Positions 25,577 to 32,000 of a stretch of 32,000 nt of DNA are shown here, piece after piece (the first letter of the stretch is position 1; every line of letters begins with the position of its first letter). A program made the translations under genes and the position numbers. Source of the DNA: Edaphobacter aggregans (lineage in GTDB: Bacteria; Acidobacteriota; Terriglobia; Terriglobales; Acidobacteriaceae); the NCBI RefSeq assembly GCF_003945235.1, contig NZ_RSDW01000001.1, positions 2,040,001-2,072,000 on the forward strand, given 5' to 3'. The notes beneath the pieces were generated by a model that saw nothing but the letters and a program-made list of their open reading frames with translations, did no database searches and was not told the DNA's origin.

Positions 25577-26500
25577 ATGGGTGCTTTGCAGGAGAAAAAG
25601 AGGGCGCTGGGGTTTGGCGCTTGTGCGGTGGCTAGTTCTTTGTGGGGGTGTGGGTTCTTCTTTGGGAAGATTGCGCTGGCTGAGATGGGCTTTGGGCACA
25701 TGGTGCTGTACCGGTTTTTGTTTGCCATGGTTGCGCTGGTGCCTCTGCTGGTGACGCATCGGCCAGGGTTGAATCGTAAGGAGTGGGGAGTGCTGCTGGT
25801 GGCTTCGTTTTTGGGGGTGCCGCTGCAGTTTTTGATTCAGTTTCATGGGCTGGAGTTGACGACGGTTAGCCATGCTTCGCTGATGGTGGGGACCATGCCG
25901 GTGATTTTGGCCGTGGGGGCTACTCTGTTTGCGCATGAGCGGATGGATGCGATTGGATGGTGGGCTTTGGCGGCTTCGACTACGGGGGCGGCCCTGATTG
26001 CGTTGGGTGGGAAACATCATGCGGGGGCGGGGGAGGCTTCGCTGGCCGGGGATTTGCTGGTGGTGGTTTCGTTGGGGATTGCTCTGTTCTGGATTTTGTT
26101 GAATAAGCGGCTGATGGAGCGGCACTCGGCGGTGGTGGTGACGGCGTATGGGCTAATGCTGGGGACGCTGATGCTGATTGCCTGGGTTCCGGTGCGGTAT
26201 GGGATGCCGCCGGTGGCGGGGGTGTCGCTGAAGGCCTGGCTGGCTCTGGCGGCGAGTGGGATATTGTGTACGGCGACGACGACGCTGCTTTGGAATTGGG
26301 GGATGACTCAGGTTCCGGCTTCGCAGGCTGGCGTGTTGCTGAATATGGAGCCGCTGATCGGGAGTCTGCTGGGGGTGCTGGTGCTGCGGGAGCGGCTGGG
26401 GCCTAGTGCGTGGGTAGGCGGCGGGTTGATTCTGGCGGCGGCATTTACGTTGACGACGCGGTCGACGACTCGGGTGCGGGAGCAGTTGCCGGTGACTTAG
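25577..26500 (+). CDS. EamA/DMT-superfamily transporter (10-TM permease)
   Basis: About 307 aa from ATG 25577 (the track uses TTG 25559). It shows two EamA-like halves, is very hydrophobic and is rich in G/L/A. Confidence 0.85.
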   Translation: MGALQEKKRALGFGACAVASSLWGCGFFFGKIALAEMGFGHMVLYRFLFAMVALVPLLVTHRPGLNRKEWGVLLVASFLGVPLQFLIQFHGLELTTVSHASLMVGTMPVILAVGATLFAHERMDAIGWWALAASTTGAALIALGGKHHAGAGEASLAGDLLVVVSLGIALFWILLNKRLMERHSAVVVTAYGLMLGTLMLIAWVPVRYGMPPVAGVSLKAWLALAASGILCTATTTLLWNWGMTQVPASQAGVLLNMEPLIGSLLGVLVLRERLGPSAWVGGGLILAAAFTLTTRSTTRVREQLPVT

Positions 26501-26550
26501 AGTCTGTCCGGAGACCGAGAGACTTAACACCGATTGACATCGATGAGACA

Positions 26551-26592
26551 GATTTAAGAACAGGCAACAGCAACAACAACGGCAAAATAGGG
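26551..26592 (+). repeat. A/C-rich element, fragment E (left arm only, no hairpin)
   Basis: GATTTAAGAACAGGCAACAGCAACAACAACGGCAAAATAGGG matches the AGAACAAGCAAC..GGCAAA arm of copies A and C. It is preceded by TTGACA at 26534-26539. Confidence 0.55.
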
Positions 26593-26598
26593 AGTAGG

Positions 26599-26626
26599 TC
26601 TACGACTTCTTAAGAACTTTCGTAGA
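26599..26626. promoter_or_regulatory. Nested palindrome upstream of the M20 peptidase gene (candidate operator)
   Basis: TCTACGA (26599-26605) pairs with TCGTAGA (26620-26626). These arms flank the perfect 10-bp palindrome TTCTTAAGAA (26607-26616). The site ends 26 nt before ATG 26652. Confidence 0.35.
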
Positions 26627-26651
26627 GGTTGCGTGATATTCTCCGGCCACT

Positions 26652-28001
26652 ATGAAGAAAATTGGGATGACTACGTTTATCGCTGGGATTGGTGTGTGTT
26701 TTGTGACGGCGGCTCTGGCGCAGGGTCCGCAGAGCTCCACGATGGTTCCGGTTGAGAGTGCGATGGTGAAGGCTGTCGATGGGGAGACTCCGGCGGCGAT
26801 TGCGATGCTGGAGAGGTTGGTGAATATCAACAGCGGAACGATGAATCTGCCGGGTGTGGTGGCGGTGAAGGATGTGGTGGCTCCGCAGATTGAGGCGCTG
26901 GGGTTCAAAGTGCGGTGGGTGCCGATGCAAGGCCAGGTTGGGCGGGCGGGGGATCTGGTGGCAGAGCATCCTTGTCCTGCGGGGACGGGTAAGTGTGGGA
27001 AACGGCTGCTACTGATCGGGCATATGGATACGGTGTTTGAGCCTACGAGCAGCTTCCAGAAGTACTCGATTGTGCCGGGAACGAATGGCAATGTGGCGAC
27101 TGGGCCCGGTGTGATGGATATGAAGGGTGGGCTCGTTGTGATGCTGACGGCGCTGAAGGCGATGAAGACTGCGGGTGTGCTTGATAACGCCGAGGTCACG
27201 ATTGTGCTGAGCGGCGATGAGGAACGGCATGGCGAGCCGGTCAGCATCAGCCGCGGGGACATGGTCGCGGCAGCGAAGAAGAGCGATGTTGCGCTGGAGT
27301 TCGAGAACAGCTACCGGGTTGATGGAACGGACATAGTACGGGTGGGCCGGCGAAGTGCGTTGACGTGGCAGTTGGAGGCTGTCGGGAGGAGTGGTCACTC
27401 ATCGCAGATCTTCAGGGAGTCGATGGGTTATGGGGCGGTCTATGAGTTGGTGCGGATTCTGGACCAGTTTCGGACGGAGCTGCCGGAGAAGGGGCTGACG
27501 TTCAATGTTGGGCTGATGGTGGGCGGAGCGACCGCGGCGTTTACGGAGAATGGAACGGGCGGAACGATTACGGGGAAGACGAATGTAATTCCTCCGGTTG
27601 CGCTGGCTAGCGGGGATATTCGTACGCTGAGCAATGAGCAGACCGAGCGTGTCGAGGCGAAGATGCGGGCCATTGTTGCAGATCATCTGCCGAAGACCGG
27701 GGCGACGATTACGTTTCAGGAGGCGTATCCGGCTATGGCGGAGTCGGAGGGAAGTCGTGCGCTGGTGAAGCAATTGAATGATGTGAATACGGTGCTGGGT
27801 CTGCCGCAGGAGGAGATTATGGATCCGATGCTGGGTGGTGCGGGGGATATTGCTTTTGTTGCTCCGTATGTTCCGGGGCTGGTGGGGACGGGAGCGATGG
27901 GCGATGGTGCTCATGCGGAGGGGGAGACGGTTTATCTGGACTCGATACCGACGCAGGCTAAGCGTATGGCGGTTTTGATGTATCGGTTGTCGAAGGACTA
28001 G
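26652..28001 (+). CDS. M20 family metallopeptidase (glutamate carboxypeptidase/CPG2-like), secreted
   Basis: 449 aa with the signal peptide MKKIGMTTFIAGIGVCFVTAALAQG. Metal-binding motifs GHMDTV and SGDEE are present, along with an M20 dimerisation-domain-like middle region. Confidence 0.88.
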   Translation: MKKIGMTTFIAGIGVCFVTAALAQGPQSSTMVPVESAMVKAVDGETPAAIAMLERLVNINSGTMNLPGVVAVKDVVAPQIEALGFKVRWVPMQGQVGRAGDLVAEHPCPAGTGKCGKRLLLIGHMDTVFEPTSSFQKYSIVPGTNGNVATGPGVMDMKGGLVVMLTALKAMKTAGVLDNAEVTIVLSGDEERHGEPVSISRGDMVAAAKKSDVALEFENSYRVDGTDIVRVGRRSALTWQLEAVGRSGHSSQIFRESMGYGAVYELVRILDQFRTELPEKGLTFNVGLMVGGATAAFTENGTGGTITGKTNVIPPVALASGDIRTLSNEQTERVEAKMRAIVADHLPKTGATITFQEAYPAMAESEGSRALVKQLNDVNTVLGLPQEEIMDPMLGGAGDIAFVAPYVPGLVGTGAMGDGAHAEGETVYLDSIPTQAKRMAVLMYRLSKD

Positions 28002-28030
28002 TTTCGGCGAAGATCTTGCAGCTATGAGCA

Positions 28031-28095
28031 AACAGCAGGTCCTTCGACTGCGCCACTCGCGATAAGACTGCGAGTGGCTTCGCTCAGGATGACAC
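28031..28095 (+). repeat. Conserved-loop hairpin element, copy F, between convergent genes and overlapping the MATE stop codon
   Basis: AACAGCAGGTCCTTCGACTGC-GCCACTCGC-GATAAGACT-GCGAGTGGC-TTCGCTCAGGATGACAC, with the stem at 28052-28060 pairing with 28070-28078. The MATE stop codon is TGA (plus-strand TCA, 28084-28086), and it lies inside the GCTCAGGATGAC arm. Confidence 0.75.
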
Positions 28096-29478
28096 TTTTT
28101 CAGGGTTCGCCATCTGTTCTAACTGGGAAGTGGCGCGGAGTTTTTTGGTGGTGCGGTGCCAGACGGTGGTGAGGGAGAGGCCCGCGACGATGAGGCCGGC
28201 GCATAGGCCCAGCCATAGGCCAACGGCTCCGTGGTGGAGGCGGAAGGCTAGAAGGTAGCCGATGGGAAGGCCGATGATCCAGTAGCCGACGATCTGGACG
28301 ATGAGGCCGGCGTGGGTGTTGCCGGCTCCGCGAAGTGCTCCGGTGGCGGTGATCTGGAGGCCGTCGAAGAACTGGAAGAGTGCGGCTACGAAGAGGAGCG
28401 GGATGGTCGCCGCGATGACGTTGGGGTCGGGCGTGAAGGCTCGGGCGATGGGGTGCGGGAAGAGGAAGAGGATGGCGGAGAAGGTGGCCATGCAGGCGGC
28501 TCCGAAGAGGATGGCGGCCCATCCTGCGGCAGCGGCTTCTTGAGGGGCTTTGCGGCCGATGGCTTGTCCTACGCGGACGGCTGCGGCGGCGGAGATGGCG
28601 AAGGGCACCATGAAGGTGAAGCTGGCGCAGTTGAGGGCGATCTCGTGGCCAGAGAGAGGGAGTGGACCCATGGTTCCGATGAGGAAGGTGACGGTGGCGA
28701 AGATGGCGATCTCGACGAAGATCTGGGCTCCGGCGGGGGCTCCAAGGAGAGCGAGGCGGGTGAGGCGGGTGCTCTCGATGTGGCGGAGCATGGAGCGTAG
28801 GCCGTAGTTGTGCTGGCGCTCGACTCGCCAAACGGTTGCGGCGACGAAGAGGGCGAGGTAGGCGCGGGAGATGGAGGTAGAGAGGCCGGAGCCGGTGACT
28901 CCGAGGGCGGGGATGTGGATGGGCCCCCATGAGTGGCCGTAGATGAGGAGCCAGTTGCCGATGACGTTGCAGAGGTTCGCGGTGATAAGGGCTGCGGCGA
29001 TGGGGCGGACGTGGTTGAAGGCCTGGAGATAACGGCGGAGGGTGAAATAGAGGAAGAGAACGGGTGTTCCCCAGTTGAGGGCGCGGAGGAAGGCGATGGC
29101 TCCGGTGATGACCTGGTGGTCGATGGGCAGGCGGAGCATGAAGATCGGCGCGAGGGCGATGAGGCCCATGAAGATTGCGGCGAGGACGGCGGCAAGGACG
29201 AGACCGTGCAGGAGCCAGCGGTTGGCTTCGTCGTAGCGGCCTGCTCCGTGGGACTGGGAGAGGTAGGTGTCGAGCGAGAGGAGGACGCCGGCGATGCCGA
29301 AGCCGAGGGTGTTGTAGAGGACCTGTCCGAGGGCGGCGGCGGAGATGGCGAGGGAGGGGTTGGCCATGTGCCCGACCATCATGGTGTCCACGATGCCCAT
29401 GGACATCCAGCCTAGTTCGGCGAGGATGAGCGGGAGAGCAAGGGTGAGGACGGGGCGGATTTGCTGACGAATCGACAT
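28084..29478 (-). CDS. MATE family efflux transporter
   Basis: 12-TM MATE-like sequence. Start set at ATG 29478 (MSIRQQIRPVLTLALPLILAELGW...); the track start is GTG 29517. The parallel 476-aa Arg/Pro-rich ORF (28100-29530) is a shadow frame. Confidence 0.88.
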   Translation of the reverse strand: MSIRQQIRPVLTLALPLILAELGWMSMGIVDTMMVGHMANPSLAISAAALGQVLYNTLGFGIAGVLLSLDTYLSQSHGAGRYDEANRWLLHGLVLAAVLAAIFMGLIALAPIFMLRLPIDHQVITGAIAFLRALNWGTPVLFLYFTLRRYLQAFNHVRPIAAALITANLCNVIGNWLLIYGHSWGPIHIPALGVTGSGLSTSISRAYLALFVAATVWRVERQHNYGLRSMLRHIESTRLTRLALLGAPAGAQIFVEIAIFATVTFLIGTMGPLPLSGHEIALNCASFTFMVPFAISAAAAVRVGQAIGRKAPQEAAAAGWAAILFGAACMATFSAILFLFPHPIARAFTPDPNVIAATIPLLFVAALFQFFDGLQITATGALRGAGNTHAGLIVQIVGYWIIGLPIGYLLAFRLHHGAVGLWLGLCAGLIVAGLSLTTVWHRTTKKLRATSQLEQMANPEKVSS

Positions 29479-29516
29479 GGCTGGCTGTGCACTCCCTCCT
29501 TCCTCTTGGTTTGGCA

Positions 29517-29735
29517 CTAAAGTTTCGCAAACAAAAGAGTTGCGGCTGTACTTCTTCAGTAGAGTCCTGATTTTCAGAGCTTGCTTGTAAAGTATTGGCC
29601 GTAAATGAGATAGCCCCGGGAGTGGGCCGGGGCTTTTTCGATCTCTAGTTGAATTATAGCTGGTTGGGTTGAATTACTCGGCAGCGCGATTGCTGTTGAT
29701 TGGCGCGTATTTGGCGTTTTGAGATTGACAGGTTT
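29517..29735 (+). repeat. Modular intergenic element, copy R3 (more diverged, lacks the C-rich box)
   Basis: CTGATTTTCAG...GTAAAGTATTGGCCGTAAATGAGAT, then a hairpin, then ..GAATTA..GCAGCGCGAT..TTGATTGG..GAGATTGACAGGTTT. It aligns with the unit 2/unit 3, hairpin, spacer and TTGACAGG parts of R2. TTGACA is at 29725-29730. Confidence 0.6.
29612..29638 (+). terminator. GC hairpin plus T5 inside R3, in a divergent promoter gap
   Basis: AGCCCCGG (29612-29619) pairs with CCGGGGCT (29627-29634) around the loop GAGTGGG, followed by TTTTT. Confidence 0.5.
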
Positions 29736-29812
29736 TTGAGGCGGCGTCGGTATACCCACAGAGAGCGAACGTTGAAGGGTGTACCCGGTAAACTTCCGGC
29801 TGGGGATAAGAC

Positions 29813-30790
29813 ATGCGGGTCTACGTTGCGGCGGTCCTCGCATTGGTCATTCTGGTGCAGGGGCACACTCAGGCTCCAGTGCCACAGGATTATCCGCCGC
29901 CAGGTCGTATGGTCGACGTTGGGGGCCGTAAGCTGCACCTCGATTGCTCCGGCAAAGGGAGCCCGACTGTCGTTCTAGTTGCGGGCGGAAATGCGTTCTC
30001 CATCGACTGGGCTCTTGTTCAACCGCGCGTCGCTGAGACCACGCGAGTCTGTTCTTATGATCGGGCCGGGCTGGCGTGGAGTGATCCCGGACCCGCTGAC
30101 GAGACCGTTGAGCAGACCATCTCTGATTTGCATAAACTCCTTGGGATTGCCGGAGAAAAGAGTCCGTATGTTTTGGTCGGCGCGTCCATCGGAGGCATCT
30201 TCATCCGCGCCTATCAACGTGCGTATCCCGATCAGGTCGCTGGGTTGGTTTTCACCAACAGCGCCAATCGGGTGCGTCGACTCGTCAACGGCAAAGGCGG
30301 GCTGATCTGGGATATGACGGAAGACGAGATACGGTCTACTTATCCGATGCCTGCATCGGCCAAGGGTTCCGCTCCGACGCGCGAGAACGATCCCTTCGAT
30401 CGATTGCCACCGAGCTTGCAGGCGGTTCGACTTTGGATCGATGTGAAGCTTTGGCAGAAGTGGGACCCGACGAAAGAGGATCCCGGATCGATTCTGTCGT
30501 GGCGGAAAGAATTTCTCAAAGAATTTACGGAGACTGATGAAGGCAAGGTGCGGCCTCTCGGCGCGCTTCCTGTCATCGTGTTGTCGAGCGGACCTGCTGC
30601 GAGTGAATCGGAGCGAGGCTCTCGCAACGGCGCTGCGGCCCGCCTCGACTTTCTGAGTTCGAACACAGTGCATGTTACGGCGACCGGAAGTGGCCACGAG
30701 ATTCATCTCTATCAGCCGGATCTCGTTGTGCAGACAGTGGTGCAAGCTGTCTCGGCGATTCGTAGCGGAACTCCCGTATCCCATCTTTAG
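29813..30790 (+). CDS. Secreted alpha/beta-fold hydrolase
   Basis: 325 aa with the signal peptide MRVYVAAVLALVILVQGHTQA, the nucleophile elbow GASIGG, and a C-terminal GSGHEIH consistent with the catalytic His. Confidence 0.8.
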   Translation: MRVYVAAVLALVILVQGHTQAPVPQDYPPPGRMVDVGGRKLHLDCSGKGSPTVVLVAGGNAFSIDWALVQPRVAETTRVCSYDRAGLAWSDPGPADETVEQTISDLHKLLGIAGEKSPYVLVGASIGGIFIRAYQRAYPDQVAGLVFTNSANRVRRLVNGKGGLIWDMTEDEIRSTYPMPASAKGSAPTRENDPFDRLPPSLQAVRLWIDVKLWQKWDPTKEDPGSILSWRKEFLKEFTETDEGKVRPLGALPVIVLSSGPAASESERGSRNGAAARLDFLSSNTVHVTATGSGHEIHLYQPDLVVQTVVQAVSAIRSGTPVSHL

Positions 30791-30978
30791 TTGTCGTGAG
30801 TTAGCTCATTGAAACTGCACCAAGAGATGTTCCTGCACCAATGAGTCTGGTTTGGCGATTGTGCAATTCCTCAGAGGTCGTTGTAGGATGGCTCCAGATC
30901 GTGGGCTTCTGGTCGTTGAGGCTCGGTCTTCCGGCCAGTTACGTGGGGGCCCGGATTCCATGCAGGTGTGCCGAATAG

Positions 30979-32000
30979 ATTTTCTGCGAGGCGCTTCTGA
31001 GATCTCTACTGCATTGGGCATGCCGCGCTGGTGTTCTGCTTGCGGCCGTGACGACTTTCGACCTTGCCGCTAAGGCGGATATTGGGGTGGTGCTGGCTGA
31101 TCCCACCACGGTCGGGGTTTCGGTGTACACGCATGCGGGGCACTCGCTTGTGTACTTGTCAGGGGTTTGCGCGGCGTCTCCGATACGAGCGCGATTGTGC
31201 GGGGCCGGCGAACAGGGCTCGATCGTTACGACGTATCCTGACTTTCGCGAGACACGGGCGTATGGCTGGAACCTGGTTCCGTTGAGCCTTTATCTGCGTG
31301 GGTCGATGATACCTGATGGCCGGCTGTTGTATGGGTCGCGCGTGGTGAAGGAGGCGTTGGAAACGCGTGCCCGGGACGGGTTTTTTCAGGATGTCTGCGG
31401 GGACGGTCATTGTCCGCAGGTTGCACATAGTTTCTGGCGGGACCTTGTGGCTGCGAATGTGGTTCGCGACATCTTTATCTTTGCGGTGCACACGACGCGG
31501 GCCCAGGATCAGGCCGTTGTGGACTGGCTAAATGGCGATCCGAATGTGAATCATTACAATGGGTTTACGAATAATTGCGCTGTGTTTACGCGGTCACTGG
31601 TGAACCTGATCTTTCCGCACTCAGTGCATCGGGATTTTCCGAATGACCTTGGCATGATGGCTCCGAAGGCCGCTGCGCGGTCGTTTACCCACTGGGCGTT
31701 GAAGCGGCCGGAGCTGGGTTTTTACAGCATGCACTTTGCACAGCCACCCGGGGATCTGCCTCGTAGTGGATTGGCGCAGAGCGGCACGGAGACGGCGATT
31801 CACATGAAGAAGTATCTGATTCCCGCGGCGCTAATTGGCGATCACGAGGTGGCGGGATCTTTCTTTGTCGCCTACTTTCTGACGGGACGCTTTGGTTTGT
31901 ACAAGGAGTTTTCGCACCACCCAACGTCATCGATTGTTGGGCTTGAGGAGGATGCAAAGGCAGCGAAAGAAGATCGAGATGAGGCGGTGGTTTCTTCCTT
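30979..32000 (+). CDS. Hypothetical protein with a His...Asn-Asn-Cys signature (permuted papain-fold / LRAT-YiiX-PPPDE-like?); start undefined, 3' end beyond the window
   Basis: The frame is open from 30979 to the window edge and is not in the track. Translation reads ...CRAGVLLAAVTTFDLAAKADIGVVLADPTTVGVSVYTHAGHSLVYLSG...HYNGFTNNCAVFTRSLVNLIF... There is no in-frame ATG, GTG or TTG ahead of the signal-peptide-like segment, and an in-frame TAG sits at 30976-30978. Confidence 0.55.
   Translation, partial: MFCEALLRSLLHWACRAGVLLAAVTTFDLAAKADIGVVLADPTTVGVSVYTHAGHSLVYLSGVCAASPIRARLCGAGEQGSIVTTYPDFRETRAYGWNLVPLSLYLRGSMIPDGRLLYGSRVVKEALETRARDGFFQDVCGDGHCPQVAHSFWRDLVAANVVRDIFIFAVHTTRAQDQAVVDWLNGDPNVNHYNGFTNNCAVFTRSLVNLIFPHSVHRDFPNDLGMMAPKAAARSFTHWALKRPELGFYSMHFAQPPGDLPRSGLAQSGTETAIHMKKYLIPAALIGDHEVAGSFFVAYFLTGRFGLYKEFSHHPTSSIVGLEEDAKAAKEDRDEAVVSS

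Noticed and set aside
23760-26125. Long minus-strand ORFs (23760-24887, 24891-25277, 25394-26125), and similar shadow ORFs at 6109-7206, 9001-9987, 10488-12563 and 15533-16530
   Set aside because: All lie antisense to, or out of frame with, strongly supported genes (M13 peptidase, EamA, era, ntrX, ntrY, mreB). All have R/H/Q/P-rich translations with no motifs.
28100-29530. 476-aa Arg/Pro/His-rich minus-strand ORF
   Set aside because: It is an alternative frame of the MATE transporter gene. The MATE frame gives a coherent 12-TM protein, while this one is compositional noise.

Overview
About 32 kb of GC-rich (roughly 60%) bacterial chromosome, almost entirely conserved housekeeping genes. My impression from gene content and intergenic repeats is an Acidobacteriota-like genome; this is unverified. 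Left to right: rodA (edge-truncated), mrdA, mreD and mreC on the minus strand; a secreted esterase; era; a low-GC LolA-like/TlpA-thioredoxin fusion; an NtrY/NtrX-type two-component pair; ald; a large polytopic membrane protein; mreB, separated from mreCD; the phoH-ybeY-corC operon; rpsT; a 550-aa uncharacterised secreted protein; an M13 peptidase; an EamA/DMT transporter; an M20 peptidase; a MATE exporter; an alpha/beta hydrolase; and an edge-truncated ORF with a His...Asn-Cys thiol-hydrolase-like signature and no canonical start. I saw no rRNA, tRNA, CRISPR array, transposase, integrase, phage gene or recognisable defence or toxin system. The unusual content is non-coding. The larger intergenic gaps (16.55-17.01 kb, 20.02-20.98 kb, 25.38-25.58 kb, 26.50-26.65 kb, 28.00-28.10 kb, 29.52-29.81 kb) are built from at least three recurring sequence modules. 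(1) A 220-270-nt element in three copies with an embedded GC-hairpin/T-tract and a terminal TTGACA box; two copies bracket phoH-ybeY-corC in inverted orientation. (2) A roughly 100-nt A/C-rich element around a small ATCCC/GGGAT hairpin, in five copies or fragments, mostly in 5' leaders. (3) A 9-bp-stem hairpin with a conserved GATRAGRCT loop, whose two copies differ by three fully compensatory base-pair changes. These are the best candidates for something undescribed (an sRNA family, or a mobile terminator/promoter/leader cassette). That reading is inference from hand alignment and needs genome-wide searches and transcript mapping.
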